Source: Laetmonice hystrix
Lineage: Eukaryota
Reading direction: 5' to 3'
DNA length: 64,000 nt
Assembly (NCBI GenBank): GCA_965235115.1
Contig: OZ249436.1
Coordinates: forward strand, 18,478,001-18,542,000
This document shows positions 52,286 through 64,000 of this stretch, one piece after another; positions within the stretch are counted from its first letter, which is position 1; the number at the start of each line of letters is the position of its first letter. The position numbers and the translations under genes are program-made. The notes beneath the pieces were generated by a model. That model made no database searches. It saw nothing but the letters and a program-made list of their open reading frames with translations, and was not told the DNA's origin.

Positions 52286-54274
52286 TACAGCGTAGCGGCG
52301 ATAGTGGATAGCACAGTCGGCATTACAGAGGTTCCTGTCAGAGACATTACAAAAAGGAGATAGATCTAGGCCTATATATCCAGACGAAAATAAGCAGAGC
52401 GTGGTTGGTTCCAGGAAGATGTTGGCCATTAGTAACATAATGCTGGATTTCTTGCATATATTCCCTGAACGCAGCCAGAGATGCTCTGCCTTGTCTTCTT
52501 CCATCCTGAGAGGTTACAAAATAAATAGAAACGCATCAAAGGTCCTAAGGTTGATTTGCTTTGTAAAGTAACATGTAACAATGACATTTGTATTTATAAC
52601 TGACTACTCTTGGCCAGCTGTCCTTGGTTTAGTGAGCCAGCACATTGATGTGGATAGATTTTACATTTCGGGCCGGTCGGTCGCGACTACACCCCCTTTC
52701 CTCCCAGTCATGGTGAGGTTGGGGGATTAGGCTTATGTGTATTCAGAACTGACATAGCTGAATTAACTGTGGTTTTGAACTATAGGTGTAACTGTCTTAA
52801 TACATATGTTTTTAGACTGGGACGTGAAAAAACTTGAAGGGGGATATATATATATCTTCCACTCAGCTGAGGTCACAAGACTGATGATATGTTTCACTCA
52901 GCCCCTCTCCCCCATCATGGCTTGATTACTTGATTTATGTTTATGCCAAACTATTATGGCATAACACGATCTGTAATTGGTCTTTTTTTACATCCAGTCA
53001 CGTTGTATTCCCTATAGGATAGCGGACTCCCACTTTTTTGGCGGACTCCTAGAGTTTGCAACTTGGGAGTCCTGCTGACTCCTAAAAAATCACACACAAA
53101 ATCTACCCCTGGTGTGCCTCAGGAATTAAGACTTCAAAAAGATCTGCTGAGTTATTCTCCCAACTACTAAAAGGAAATGCTAACAAGGGTGAATACATCT
53201 GTTATAAAACATTTCCCCGGGATGAAGAAGAGAAAATTAGCACTGTTGAACTGTTAAGTTGTATGTCTGATGCTATCATTTATGTATAATGCTAAATTAT
53301 ATAGGAAAGCACTTGTCAGTGTCAACTTGCCAGGGAGATAAAAAATTGAGTGCCGGGCAGTAGTTTTGTGCCAGCAGCGAAGGCGCAAGGTTTTCAGTTG
53401 GTAAGGGCTGCATGTTTATTTAGGCGCAAGGTTTTCAGTTGGCAAGGGTTTTTTTTTCAGATGATAGGCCTGATAAAAATTCCTGCTGGGCGGCACTTGA
53501 ACTATTTTAGTTTTGTGCCAGGTGGCTAAAATCGATGCCGGGCGGCCCCGGGCGGGGCCGCCCGGCGTGGGCACATCCTTCTATATCCCCACTCTTTCTT
53601 TTTGAAGAATTAACAAAAATTATTGTAAGGCTAGCCACTGATCCAGTATTTTCAGCAGAGGGGTCTCGGGAATTTTTTTAAAATTAGAAGCTCTTAGAAG
53701 CGATTTCCCACCTTTTAGGGGCCATATTAGTGCATTATATTTCTTGGACCAACCAGTCAACCACTCAACCAGTTCAAAATAGCCGGAATGCTTTGCACCT
53801 GTTCGTTCGGTGGTGTTTCGTTGAATCTAAGGGAAAAAGAATCTATGCTCTGGCAGAGCAGGCGGGTCTGCTCCCCTGTGAAAGACAGTACATGAAGCAG
53901 CGTAGACTCAATCTAGCAAATAAACGTACTGACCAGGAATACATTAAAAAAGGCGTCTAGATTCAATTTTACGAGAAGTGAACGAGATTACATCAAGAAA
54001 CATAGACTAGATCCAGGCTTCCAACAAAATGGACGAGAATACATACAAAGACTAGATTTTTAATTTAAAGAGAATGAAAGACACTAAACCCAAAAAGACG
54101 GCTCAGTTCAGATGTTAAAAATAGTGAAAGGAAATCAAAAAAGCAAAAATACGTAAGTGATATGACATAGCATGAAAAATGCATACAGTATGGTATGACA
54201 AAATAGGCAACTGATGAAGCATACAGGCACAATATGAATGTTACAGTTCACAAAAATTCAAACGAAATCTAGAA

Positions 54275-54580
54275 AACAAGGTAAAAAGCTACAGTTCTGA
54301 GAAATACAAACAAAATCTGAATTTCCACAACAAGGTACAAAACTACAGTTCTGAGAAATACAAACAAAACCTGGATTTCCAAAACAAGGTAAAAAGCTAC
54401 AGTTCTGAGAAATACAAACGAAATCTAAATTTCCAAAACAAGGTAAAAAGCTACAGTTCTGAAAAATACAAACGAAATCTGAATTTCCAAAACAAGGTAA
54501 AAGGCTACAGTTCTCAGAAATACAAACGAAATCTGGATTTCAAAAACAAGGTAAAAACCTACAGTTCTCAGAAGTATCTA
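54275..54580 (+). repeat. 54-bp coding tandem repeat (~6 units; 18 aa NKVKSYSSEKYKQNLNFQ) in the Helentron N-terminal region
   Basis: caaggta recurs at 54277, 54331, 54385 and onward with period 54. Confidence 0.9.
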
Positions 54581-55526
54581 CAAAGCCTGTCTTTTCGACA
54601 AAAGGGGAAAATTTATAGCAGGATAAAGTACCGAGAAAATTATCTGTTCAGGTCAAATATAAACGAGGCACAGAAATTGAAATACCAAACCAATACTGAA
54701 TATCAGGAATGGAAAAGAAATTCAGCATGGTTAAAATACCTAGACGTCATGACTGATCCTATGTTAAGGAAGCATATGAAACAAATGAAAAAAAACAGCA
54801 GTACTTGAGAAATATTATAGCACTCAAAGCTTGTCAAAGAAAGGAGCAAAATAATGAGCACTGTAAAAAGATTGAAAAAGTGAAGACTATTTTTCACAGC
54901 AAAGTTCAGGAATATCCAGAGTATGTCTGTTCAGTTTGTCACAGACTGCTGTTCAAAACACAGGTTTTGAAATGTGATCAAACAAAATATGGAACGTCTG
55001 CTTCTCAGAAACGTTTAGCTAGAGCATGCATTACTGAAGATAAATTACACAAATGTAATCCAAAATGCACACGAACTTGTTCTGTAGTAAGGAAATCACG
55101 GAGAGACTTGTACATATGTCATACGTGTGATAGACATTTGAGTGCTGGAAAAATGCCACACAAAGCATACACAAACAATTTGGAATTGCAGCCACTACAC
55201 CATGAACTGGAAACATTGAACATAATGGAGAAATATCTCATATGACGAATTGTACCCCTCAGGAAACTCATCACGTTGCCAAAAGGTGGCCAAAAAAAAT
55301 TGAAAGGACCATGTGTTTTGGTACCGTTAGACTTACAAGATACAATGAATAGTCTGCCCAAAAGTGAGGATGACAACCCACAAATCATTAAACTCAAAAT
55401 GAAAAGAAAACTTTCTTATGAAGGTCATTATGAGTACTGTAACAAGCAAGTTGATCTGAAAAAGGTTCATGATGCTCTGAGGTATTTAAAAGAAGAAATT
55501 GGAAATGTACATTATGCTGACATTGA

Positions 55527-55896
55527 AATGAGAGACTCGAAATAATGGAGTTCCCGTCTTTTCCGCGTGGCGGCAGCACTATCGCCTCGGTCCCGTATGA
55601 CTACACATTAGTACGACGTTAGATAGGACGACGAAATGCTAATCTGTAGCTGGGTGCCGTAGTGCTATTTGTTATGAAATATTATGGTGCGTTTAGGAGC
55701 TATTCAACATAGCAGAGCCTATCAAGTTATTAATTTTCATAACAAATAGTCTTAACGCATCCTGCCACAGATTAGCATTTCGTCGTCCTATATAACGTCA
55801 TGCTAATTTGCAGTCGACAGGACTGGGGCGACAGTGCTGCCACCACGCGGATATCACTGGAATGCGCCGTTGCGCATGCGTCTCGAGTCTCCCATT
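55527..55896. mobile_element. Fold-back (palindromic) MITE interrupting the Helentron ORF
   Basis: Ends gagactcga/tcgagtctc. Long inverted arms, e.g. gacgttagataggacgacgaaatgctaatctgt versus acagattagcatttcgtcgtcctatataacgtc. Confidence 0.85.
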
Positions 55897-58263
55897 GATC
55901 AATCAAGACATGTGCAAAATGACAGTGGAAAATTTGACAGTGCTGAGGCTAAGGAGGAACAAAGATGTCCCAAAATGAGAACACTGATAAGGTTATGTCC
56001 AATGATGATGATGATGAACAGAATGAGTGCGAGAGAAAAGAACAGGGCCTGTGCTAGACACGTTCCTTCTGCCTGGTCCAGGAGGCCTTGCCATTGTGTC
56101 CAGATAGTATTTTGTCTATTGCACCATGTGAAAAAAATAGACCCACAAATCTATATGCAAACAAATCAGGCGAAGCTCTTGCATTTCCAAATCATTTCCC
56201 AGATGGTTGAAATACTTTAAGAGAAGAAAGACCAGTTGAACTATCCCCATCAAAGTACTTCCAGGCGAGACTGATGAACGTCGATAACCGTTTCACCAAG
56301 GACCCATAATAGATATATTCTTTGCGTTGTACATCACAGAATTGAAATTCATGGCCAGCAACATATTCATTGCACTGAGAAAGGGAAGAAAGCAAACAAA
56401 AGATGGAAGGAAAATAACAGCAGGCATATTATCTCAAAGACAAGGCATTGATCATGTCACCAGAGAAGATACAGGTTTCCGACATTTTCCCACACTAAAA
56501 GGTTCACCAGATTACTGGAAAATGACTCAACACAATTTGTTTGCCATGATCAGACTTGGTATTCCAACATTCTTTTGTACATTTAGCTGTAACAATGACT
56601 GGCCTGAAATTGTCACTGCTATTAAAGCTCAGCAGGAAAAAACAGTTGATGTTGATTCTTTGTCATGGGAAGAAAAGTGCAACATTCTGGCATCCAATCC
56701 TGTTACTTGTGCACGTATGTTTGATCATAGAGTAAAACTGTTCCTCAATGAAGTGATTATGTCACCAGCAAAGCCAATAGGTGAAGTCATTGATCATTTT
56801 TACAGAGTTGAATGGCAGGCAAGAGGAAGTCCACATATACATTGTTTATTCTGGGTAAAAGATGCTTGTATTCTAGACCGAGATTCAGATCAAACTGTAT
56901 GTGACTTTATCAATTAGTATATCTCATGTCAAGTTCCACATGAAGGTGACGAATTACATGAAAAGGTGAAGCGCTTACAGCAACATAGTAAACATCATAC
57001 AAAATCTTGCAAAAAGGGAAATCGCCCATGTAGATTCAACCTCCCAAAACCAGTTGCAAAGAGGACATTTGTATCAAGACCTGCAACCATGCCTGATGGA
57101 CAGTCACCAACCAAGGCAGACATGCATCATGCATCAGAACAGTTGTCAAAATTTAGAGACCTATTGAATGAAGATGTTGAAACTGGAAATATGTCTATCG
57201 ATGAGCTCTTACAAAAAGCAGGACTGACATGACAAACATATAAAAAGTATTTCGATATCGCAACAAAGAAAATATCTATTGTAATGAAACGAGAATATAA
57301 AGACTGTTGGGAAAAATCCTCACAACCCAGCTCTCCTTGACATCTGGAATGCTAACATGGACATTCAGTACATCACTGACCCATACAGTTGTGTTATGTA
57401 TATTCTGTCATATATCAGTAAAGCTGAGCATGAACTCTCAGAAATTCTACGGAACGCTCAGAGAGAACTCAAAGAGGGGAACCCTGATTTGAAAACTGAA
57501 ATGAGGAAATTAGGCAATGTCTACCTGAACTACCGAGAAGTAAGTTGTCAGGAAGCCGCTCATCGCATGTGCAATCTACACTTGGAAGGAATGCTTCCGT
57601 GCCGTTGTTAACCTACCAGTCGATGAGAATGCAACAAGAATGAGTCTACCATTATCACAAATCGAAGCAAAGGCAAAAGCAAATGTTGAGGATGATGAAA
57701 TCTGGATGAAAAACATTGTAGATAGATACCAAGCAAGACCTGATACTGTGTCTAGCTCAGTTTGCTTTAGAATACAGAATGATTTAAGCCAGGCAAAATC
57801 TCCAAATACAATTATACTGAAAGACAACTATGGCACAATCCAGAAAAGAAGATTAAAGTGAAAACTTTGCTGTGATTCGGTACCCCAGGCATTCCAAGAC
57901 AACAAAAGCAGAGGAATTTTATCAAGCTCAAATGAAGGTTTATTTGCCATGGAGACACCAATGTCAATTAAAGCCCCAAGCATATAGGACATATGAGGAA
58001 TTCTTTGAAAACGGAGCGGTTAGACTGAGTCAAGATCATGACATTGAACCTGTGAAACTGATTGTTTGTGAAAATAGGCAGAAATATGAAAAAGATGCTG
58101 ATGCCTTGCAAGAAGCTTGGGAAATGATGCAAAATTCTGAGAATTTGGAAGATGCCTGGGCCAGTATTGCTAATGAAGTAGAGATAAGTAGATTGGAAGC
58201 AGAACGAGAAAACCTAGCTTTTGAAGAGTGCTGTGATGAGCCATTAGCAGAGGATCATGACTG

Positions 58264-58641
58264 CAGGCCTCGAATTACACGACGGCATCGACGGCAATTG
58301 CCGTCGTGCCTCTTCCATTTGCCGTGGTGCCCTCCAATTTTTTGCCCCATCGACGGCAGTCCAGTGCCGTGGTGCCCTTTTCCCTTGCTGTGATGTGCCC
58401 ATCAGCCATCCCCGAATCATTCCTGACATCGATCCCCTAGTGATCACCACCACCACTAACCTAAAGTGTGAAGATTCTTTGTTTTACTGTTAAACCAGAC
58501 ATGCAAGGTTTGGTTTTGGAGAAGTAAATTTGCCGTGGTGCCCTTCTAAACTTGGTTGAAAATGCCGTGGTGCCCTCCTTTAAACAAGGCCTTCGACGGC
58601 AATTTTTGCCGTGCCCCTTTTAACTTCTAATTCGAGGCCTG
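58264..58641. mobile_element. CAG-ended MITE with 6-bp target duplication TGACTG, inserted in the Helentron
   Basis: TIR caggcctcgaatta/taattcgaggcctg with tgactg on both sides. Removing it restores the frame EDHDCIADED. Confidence 0.9.
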
Positions 58642-59309
58642 TGACTGTATTGCCGACGAGGATAGAAGAACTATCCCAGGAGGACTCGCTATAGACCACA
58701 GTGATGATGGCTGTGTTACAAAAAAGCTGTTAGGCCAATGTTAAAGAGTATGAATAAAAAACAACAACAGCTATTTTACACAATATGAAAGTGGTGCCTA
58801 GATAAAGTCAATGGTGAACGCCCTGAGCCATTTAGAATATTCCTTAGTGATGCAGCAGGTGTTGGAAAATCGCTCTTAATCAAATGTATCTACCATGAAG
58901 CTACCAAACTTCTCCTTGGCCAACAAAGTGAGCAGAACTTACCACCAATATTCCTGACAGCAACAGCTGGACTAGCTGCCTTCAATGTTGATGGAACCAC
59001 AGTTCATTCCCTTTTCAAAATAATTAAACCCTGCAAAGGCCAATACATTCCTCTGACTGAAAATGTCCTAAATACCATAAATACAACCTTATGTGAAATG
59101 AAAATTCTTGTAATCGATGAAATTTCAATGATGGGAAGCAACATATACTGAATTATGTGCACAAACAATTGGGACAACTCAAACACAGTAACGATCTGTT
59201 TGGAGATGTATCTATTCTTGCTGTTGGGGATTTCTATCAGCTTCCACCTGTAAGGGCCGGTTCGCCAATTTGTGTACCAAATACATGTGATTTGTGGATG
59301 GAAAACTTT

Positions 59310-59715
59310 TATTATTTTTTTATGTCACGTGACTTATGATGTCATCAGGAGATTATCTATATTCACAGGGCTATAACTTGTGAATGGTTGAACATAGAGC
59401 CACAGTTACTGTTAAATGCTAATAGGAAGTCGTATGCTCTCTTCTTTGACACCAATATTTTTTTAGGTCACGTGACCTAGGACGTCATAAGGATATGATC
59501 TTTCTTTTCTTTGGGGTGTAACTTGTAAATGGTTGAAGATAGAACCATAGTTCCTATTAAACACTGATAGGAAGTCATATATACTCTTTAATTATACATC
59601 ATTATTTTTTAGGTCACGTGACCTCTAAAGTCATAAGGACATCATCTATATTTTTCAAGGCTATTACTTGTAAATAGTCAAACTTGGACCCATAATTTTT
59701 TAGGTCACGTGACCT
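59310..59715 (+). repeat. ~135-145 bp tandem core repeat of the dominant interspersed family; also at 29500-29770 and 30760-31450
   Basis: Unit ggtcacgtgacct...gggctataacttgtaaatgg...ccatagttactattaaacac...aggaagtcata...gacacca repeated head to tail. Confidence 0.8.
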
Positions 59716-61201
59716 ACGTATGCCTGCTATAACAAAATGATATGATGTAATGCATAGGCTTAAATCATCACTGTGTACGGATGGGTCAGTGGTAGAATGT
59801 AGAAAAATCTTTGTGTGCACAGTTAGCTAAGGGGTAATCTTTCTCTTGGAACCCTATGCTCATTATTGCTATGGTTGACTTGCTTTCATGCAATACAGAG
59901 CCTTTCTAGATACCTACATAGAGGAACGGGATACCTGATTGCCTGCAATCTGGAAGTCTAGTTTATTTATTGAATTTCCATCAAATGTGCAATGTTTTTG
60001 ACTGGAAATATGTTGTATTTTCAGGAAAACAACTACTTTTGAATTGAAAGATAAACACTGCGTTCACAGATATACCACCTATCAGGGAGGCCCCCATATG
60101 GTTCATATGGAAGGGCCTATGATAATGAGAAGCTAGCTCATAGTACAGAATTAATGGGGAGGCTATGTACTGGGATCCTTGCCGCCAAGATGACGACGTA
60201 TACAAAGAACACATGGTCATGGTAGGGTATTGATATGGATAATATATTTGGGTACCTTACACGCTGGGTAAGGTGGCTTAAGGTTCACAATATAAAATTA
60301 TCTACAAAGTCCTGGCTAAGCAGCCGACATACCTGCTCAATACAACGCATCATGGAAAAATAACACAGAACCAACCTGTACAGGGTAGCAACCAGGGAGC
60401 CATGCCACATCCCTAGATAGGGGGTAGTTAGCCCAGAGTCATCTTGTGATCCTGTCTTATTGCCGTCAGTGTAAGAACTCCTCCCGAGTATGGGAACACC
60501 CTGATTTAATTTCATTGGGCCTTCTTCTCAATATTTTTGGTCATAAAACTTTCGTGTTTAATCTAAATTTTTTATGACATTCTCCTTAACCCTTTCGAGA
60601 CGGGCCCCTTGTGGCCGAGACGTGCACTAGTGACGACGTAACAATTGCGTGAATGTGCCGTAAGGACGGGCCATTCTGGGCGGCCACATGTGATAACGGA
60701 TTGCCTTCCATGCTTCCAATCACTGTCATATCCAGAAAAATGATCCATGTCCTTACTTAAGAAAAGGACACCAACGAAAGAGCTGTCCTCTCTTTCTCTT
60801 GTATAATATTAGGCATGGTATATCTGTAACGTGAGTCACATGTAATGCGAGTCACAAAAAATGGGGTAGAGTCACACTCAGTATTTTTACTGTAATGTAA
60901 TGGTTTCTTTTTCACTTTTTCTAATCAAGATAGCCTTTAAATTAGTTTAATTAAGACATTTACCAAAGAGGGCAGAGCTATCATTTTCACCAGAATCCAT
61001 CTCACTTCCTGTTTTGTTTGTGAAACCACATGTCTCCTCCTGGTAAAAACTGGAAATGGCCAGTTATACCTGATGAAATACTTTACCAGAAATTGGTAAA
61101 AAAAAATTGAGGCCACCCTTCACTGTAATTGTAACCAACCGTGGTCATTTTGGGTTTCTTGGATTCTAACTGATCAGAAAACTTCAATTAGGAGTTGCAT
61201 G

Positions 61202-61493
61202 CAATCTAATTAAAATTAGATCTTGGTATTCCGCACCTCTCTCGGCTGTTTCAGTGCTGCTGCGCTCCATACCTGGATCTAAGGACATCCCATTAGGAGT
61301 CACCTCAGGTTGACCTCTGGATTCAGCCAATCAGCGAGTCGCCTACGAAATCTTCGGTGTGCGCTCGTAGGCATTTTCAACGGCACACTTGAATCTGGGT
61401 CAAAGGTCAGCCTGAGGTGACCCCATACGCGATGCCGTTAGATCCTAGTATGGAGCGCATGCGAAATAACTAGACCTAATTTTAATTAGATTG
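61202..61493. mobile_element. Mutator-like MITE with exact 10-bp duplication GAGTTGCATG
   Basis: TIR caatctaattaaaattag/ctaattttaattagattg. Duplication at 61192-61201 and 61494-61503. Confidence 0.88.
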
Positions 61494-62484
61494 GAGTTGC
61501 ATGTATGCATCACTGTAGTGACTGTATCAAGGCTTCCTGCAATATACTCTAAATACCTTTTGTAAGAATGAGGGTTTATATAATAATTCCTAGAATATGG
61601 TGATATAAATTGATTCAATTAGTAGAATCAAAACAAAGAAGGAACCCCCCCCCCCCCCTCCAATATTTAGACATTTCAAGGGGTAATAACACCTTTGGTC
61701 AAAGACATAGTCTCCGTAAAACCAAAATTACAACACTGTAAAGTTAGAAATATATCTGTGTGCTGAAGTGTAACACGAGTCACGCTGATTATGCACAGTT
61801 GTGCCCATATATGGGGGAAAAATGAATTCATTTTCTATGTTATCTGATAGCCCATTTAGTTGTTTAAATAACAGGTATTAATTCACTGCTGTCATTTATA
61901 GTTTGAGGAGAATTTTTTAAAGTGTTAAGGTAGGTTTTTGCACATTCCTTTTTGTGTAACACAAGTCACGTGATAATTAGATGCAATTTAAAGACTAATT
62001 GTGTAATCATACTAGTTTCTGTTCATATCATTTAATACCTTATGCAAATGGGTTCCTGCATACAACTGTTGGAATCTTTAAAAATAAAACTGTAGCAGAT
62101 ACACTAAGATATACATGTAGTTTGAAAAGTGGGCAAAAACTGTAACACGAGTCACGTGGAAATGCCCTTCATCATCGTCAACTATGTTATTTTAACTTTA
62201 ACTCTCGTTTGCCTAGCATCGTATCCTCTGATGTCTCCGTCAGTACAGATGGGGCTGAGGGCTGTAATTACCATTCGTATCACCCTCCTACTCGGTACCT
62301 CTCCCCCCTCTTTTAGATGCTAATTATTTTAATCAGGACAGCCAAAAACAGTGATACAAAAGATGTACAGACAGAGAGCAAATTAGAAGCCACGGGCCTT
62401 CAGATTGGGGGTTAATTAAGTTGTTCAAAGTGAATGTAATGGAACACTATAATTAACAAATCAAGCCATATATTTAGTTTGCTA

Positions 62485-63752
62485 CCGGACATTACCGGCA
62501 ATTTTTACTGATGTCCGATGTGAGGCATAATAACATCTGACAGATTGTCCGGTGTTATCACATTATCAGATGGTCATGATGTTGGTAACCAGTACTCAAG
62601 GTCCATGAGAAAGGTGGCAGCCTCACAGTCGGTGGTCTGTCAGGCTGCCGCCTGGCCCTGGCCGGGCGTTATGTAAGGGTAGCTGATAAGGATGCCCCAG
62701 GTGGTGGTGACTCCCCCATTCCTCCCAGTCAGGGTTGGTTTGGAGGATCCTTGTGCTCAGAAGAGAGCTACTTAAACTAGCTGGGCCTTGTATAACTGTC
62801 TACTACATGTATTTTCTTGAATCTTCTATTGGAGGAGAGCGGAATAAAACATGACTCTGATTATAGGTTGGCCAGCTGCCCTTGGTTTAGTGAGCCAGCA
62901 GGTTGGCGTGGATAGCATTCACACCCATTGGCATTGTCTTTTGTTTTGTTAAAATGCTAAGAAAGGGGAGTATTAATCCATGGGGAGTATCATAGTTTGC
63001 AATGACAAAGGGCAACTTACTGAATTCATAGTTTGATATATTTATTTTTGGTTGAAAAAGTCCAGAATTTGAACCTAACATTATGGGCTGGCTAAGGGCC
63101 CGTAACTCCCTCATCAAGCACAAACCCTATAGGAATTATTTTCAAAGTTGAAAAATTGTGCAGTAAATTTGAAAAATAAATTAAGGGCCTGATCAAACTT
63201 GTAAGGGCCTGCTAAAAGTGTCTAAGGGCCTACTAAAACCTTTTTGACGGCCTGTTCAGATTTTGGCTAACTTCGTGCCCTAAGGTTCCATGAATTGCAA
63301 ATGTGTTCCAGAGTATATTTCAATGTTTTTTCATCAATAAATCTGTCAATTACTTTGATTACTTCAACAGAGGTACTTTCCTGAAGAAATATGGATCGTA
63401 TATCAGAAACATGGGACTGATTGCTACGCGTAATTTGACTGATACACAGGCCAACCATCTGTAAACATGTTTGGTTCCTTTTTGTATTTTTAACTCCAGT
63501 ACTTAGGACGGATCTGAAATTGGATATCAAACGCAGAGAAAGAACCGAGAAAGAGGAACGTTTTAAAAAAGAAAGTCTAATAAGGCTATACTTGTATTAC
63601 AAAACAAATATATTTGTTTATTGTCTGCGAAATGAAAAAATCTCAGGTGTTAAAGCCATTTTACATCTGACAAAAATGTCTGATGTAAAACAAAAATGTC
63701 AGATGTAACACTTTGTCAGATCTATGTAGAAAAAAACTTTTCATCACCACTG
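62485..63752. mobile_element. Second copy (left TIR missing) of the 20705-22057 element
   Basis: About 1.25 kb of collinear high similarity, ending in cttttcatcaccactg. Confidence 0.88.
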
Positions 63753-64000
63753 AAAGCCCATATTTCACTGGGATGCGAATGTTGGCAACAAATTGCTAAT
63801 GACATTCGTGAGGGAGTTTCCAAAATGTCTCGAAACATTCGCAGGGTTCCCAATTCCCTGGCGTGAATCGCAGGGCCTTACACTCGTGTCGTTAGAATTT
63901 TGAACATGCTCAAAACTTTTGTGCGATAAATATTTTCTCAAAATAGTCGCAAAATAGTCATCTAAACTAGATTTTGACTGATTGGAGACAAAATTGTGGA

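Larger units (their letters stand above)
53870..59310 (+). pseudogene. Decayed Helentron/Helitron2-type Rep-helicase transposase gene (3'-truncated; multiple stops, frameshifts and two MITE insertions)
   Basis: Collinear fragments: Cys cluster YVCSVCHRLLF...CHTCDRHL...MP...NNL; PKGGQKKLKGPCVLVP; Rep motif 1 GSPDYW...GIPTFFCTFS; HUH motif YRVEWQARGSPHIHCL; Y2 motif MDIQY...[13 protein letters not shown]1-like helicase (S)DAAGVGKS, TAGLAAFNVDGTTVHS, VIDEISM and FGDVSILAVGDFYQLPPV. Confidence 0.95.

Noticed and set aside
52320..52505. Possible upstream RASA1 exon (minus-strand acceptor cctctcag with open frames)
   Set aside because: No frame resembles the expected WYHG...YLIRES N-SH2 start, and no clear donor is present.
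54275..54580. CRISPR-like regular repeats
   Set aside because: The units are contiguous with no unique spacers, are a multiple of three, and lie in a eukaryotic transposase region.

Overview
Repeat-dense eukaryotic genomic DNA, probably from an invertebrate animal. The whole window lies inside one minus-strand gene, an orthologue of RASA1 (p120 RasGAP). I read ten short coding exons by hand (38548 down to 832, 1015 nt). All have GT-AG boundaries with compatible phases, and most are missed by the ORF track. They encode the end of the N-SH2, the SH3, the C-SH2 and most of the PH domain; both gene ends lie outside the window. The introns (0.2 to >25 kb) are packed with transposons: a decayed Helentron/Helitron2 Rep-helicase (~53.9-59.3 kb), many HINE/DINE-like non-autonomous rolling-circle elements with head-to-tail junctions, and a SCAN-type Gypsy (LTR, PBS, gag; pol deleted). 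There are also DIRS and THAP remnants, two complementary pogo-like deletion derivatives, and nested TIR elements with TA, TTAA, TTA, 5-, 6- and 10-bp target duplications. I cannot support a wholly new biological system. The best candidates for something undescribed are an unclassified 6.4-kb TIR element with a TA target duplication, CAG-ended elements with 5/6-bp duplications, and the Helentron/HINE set.
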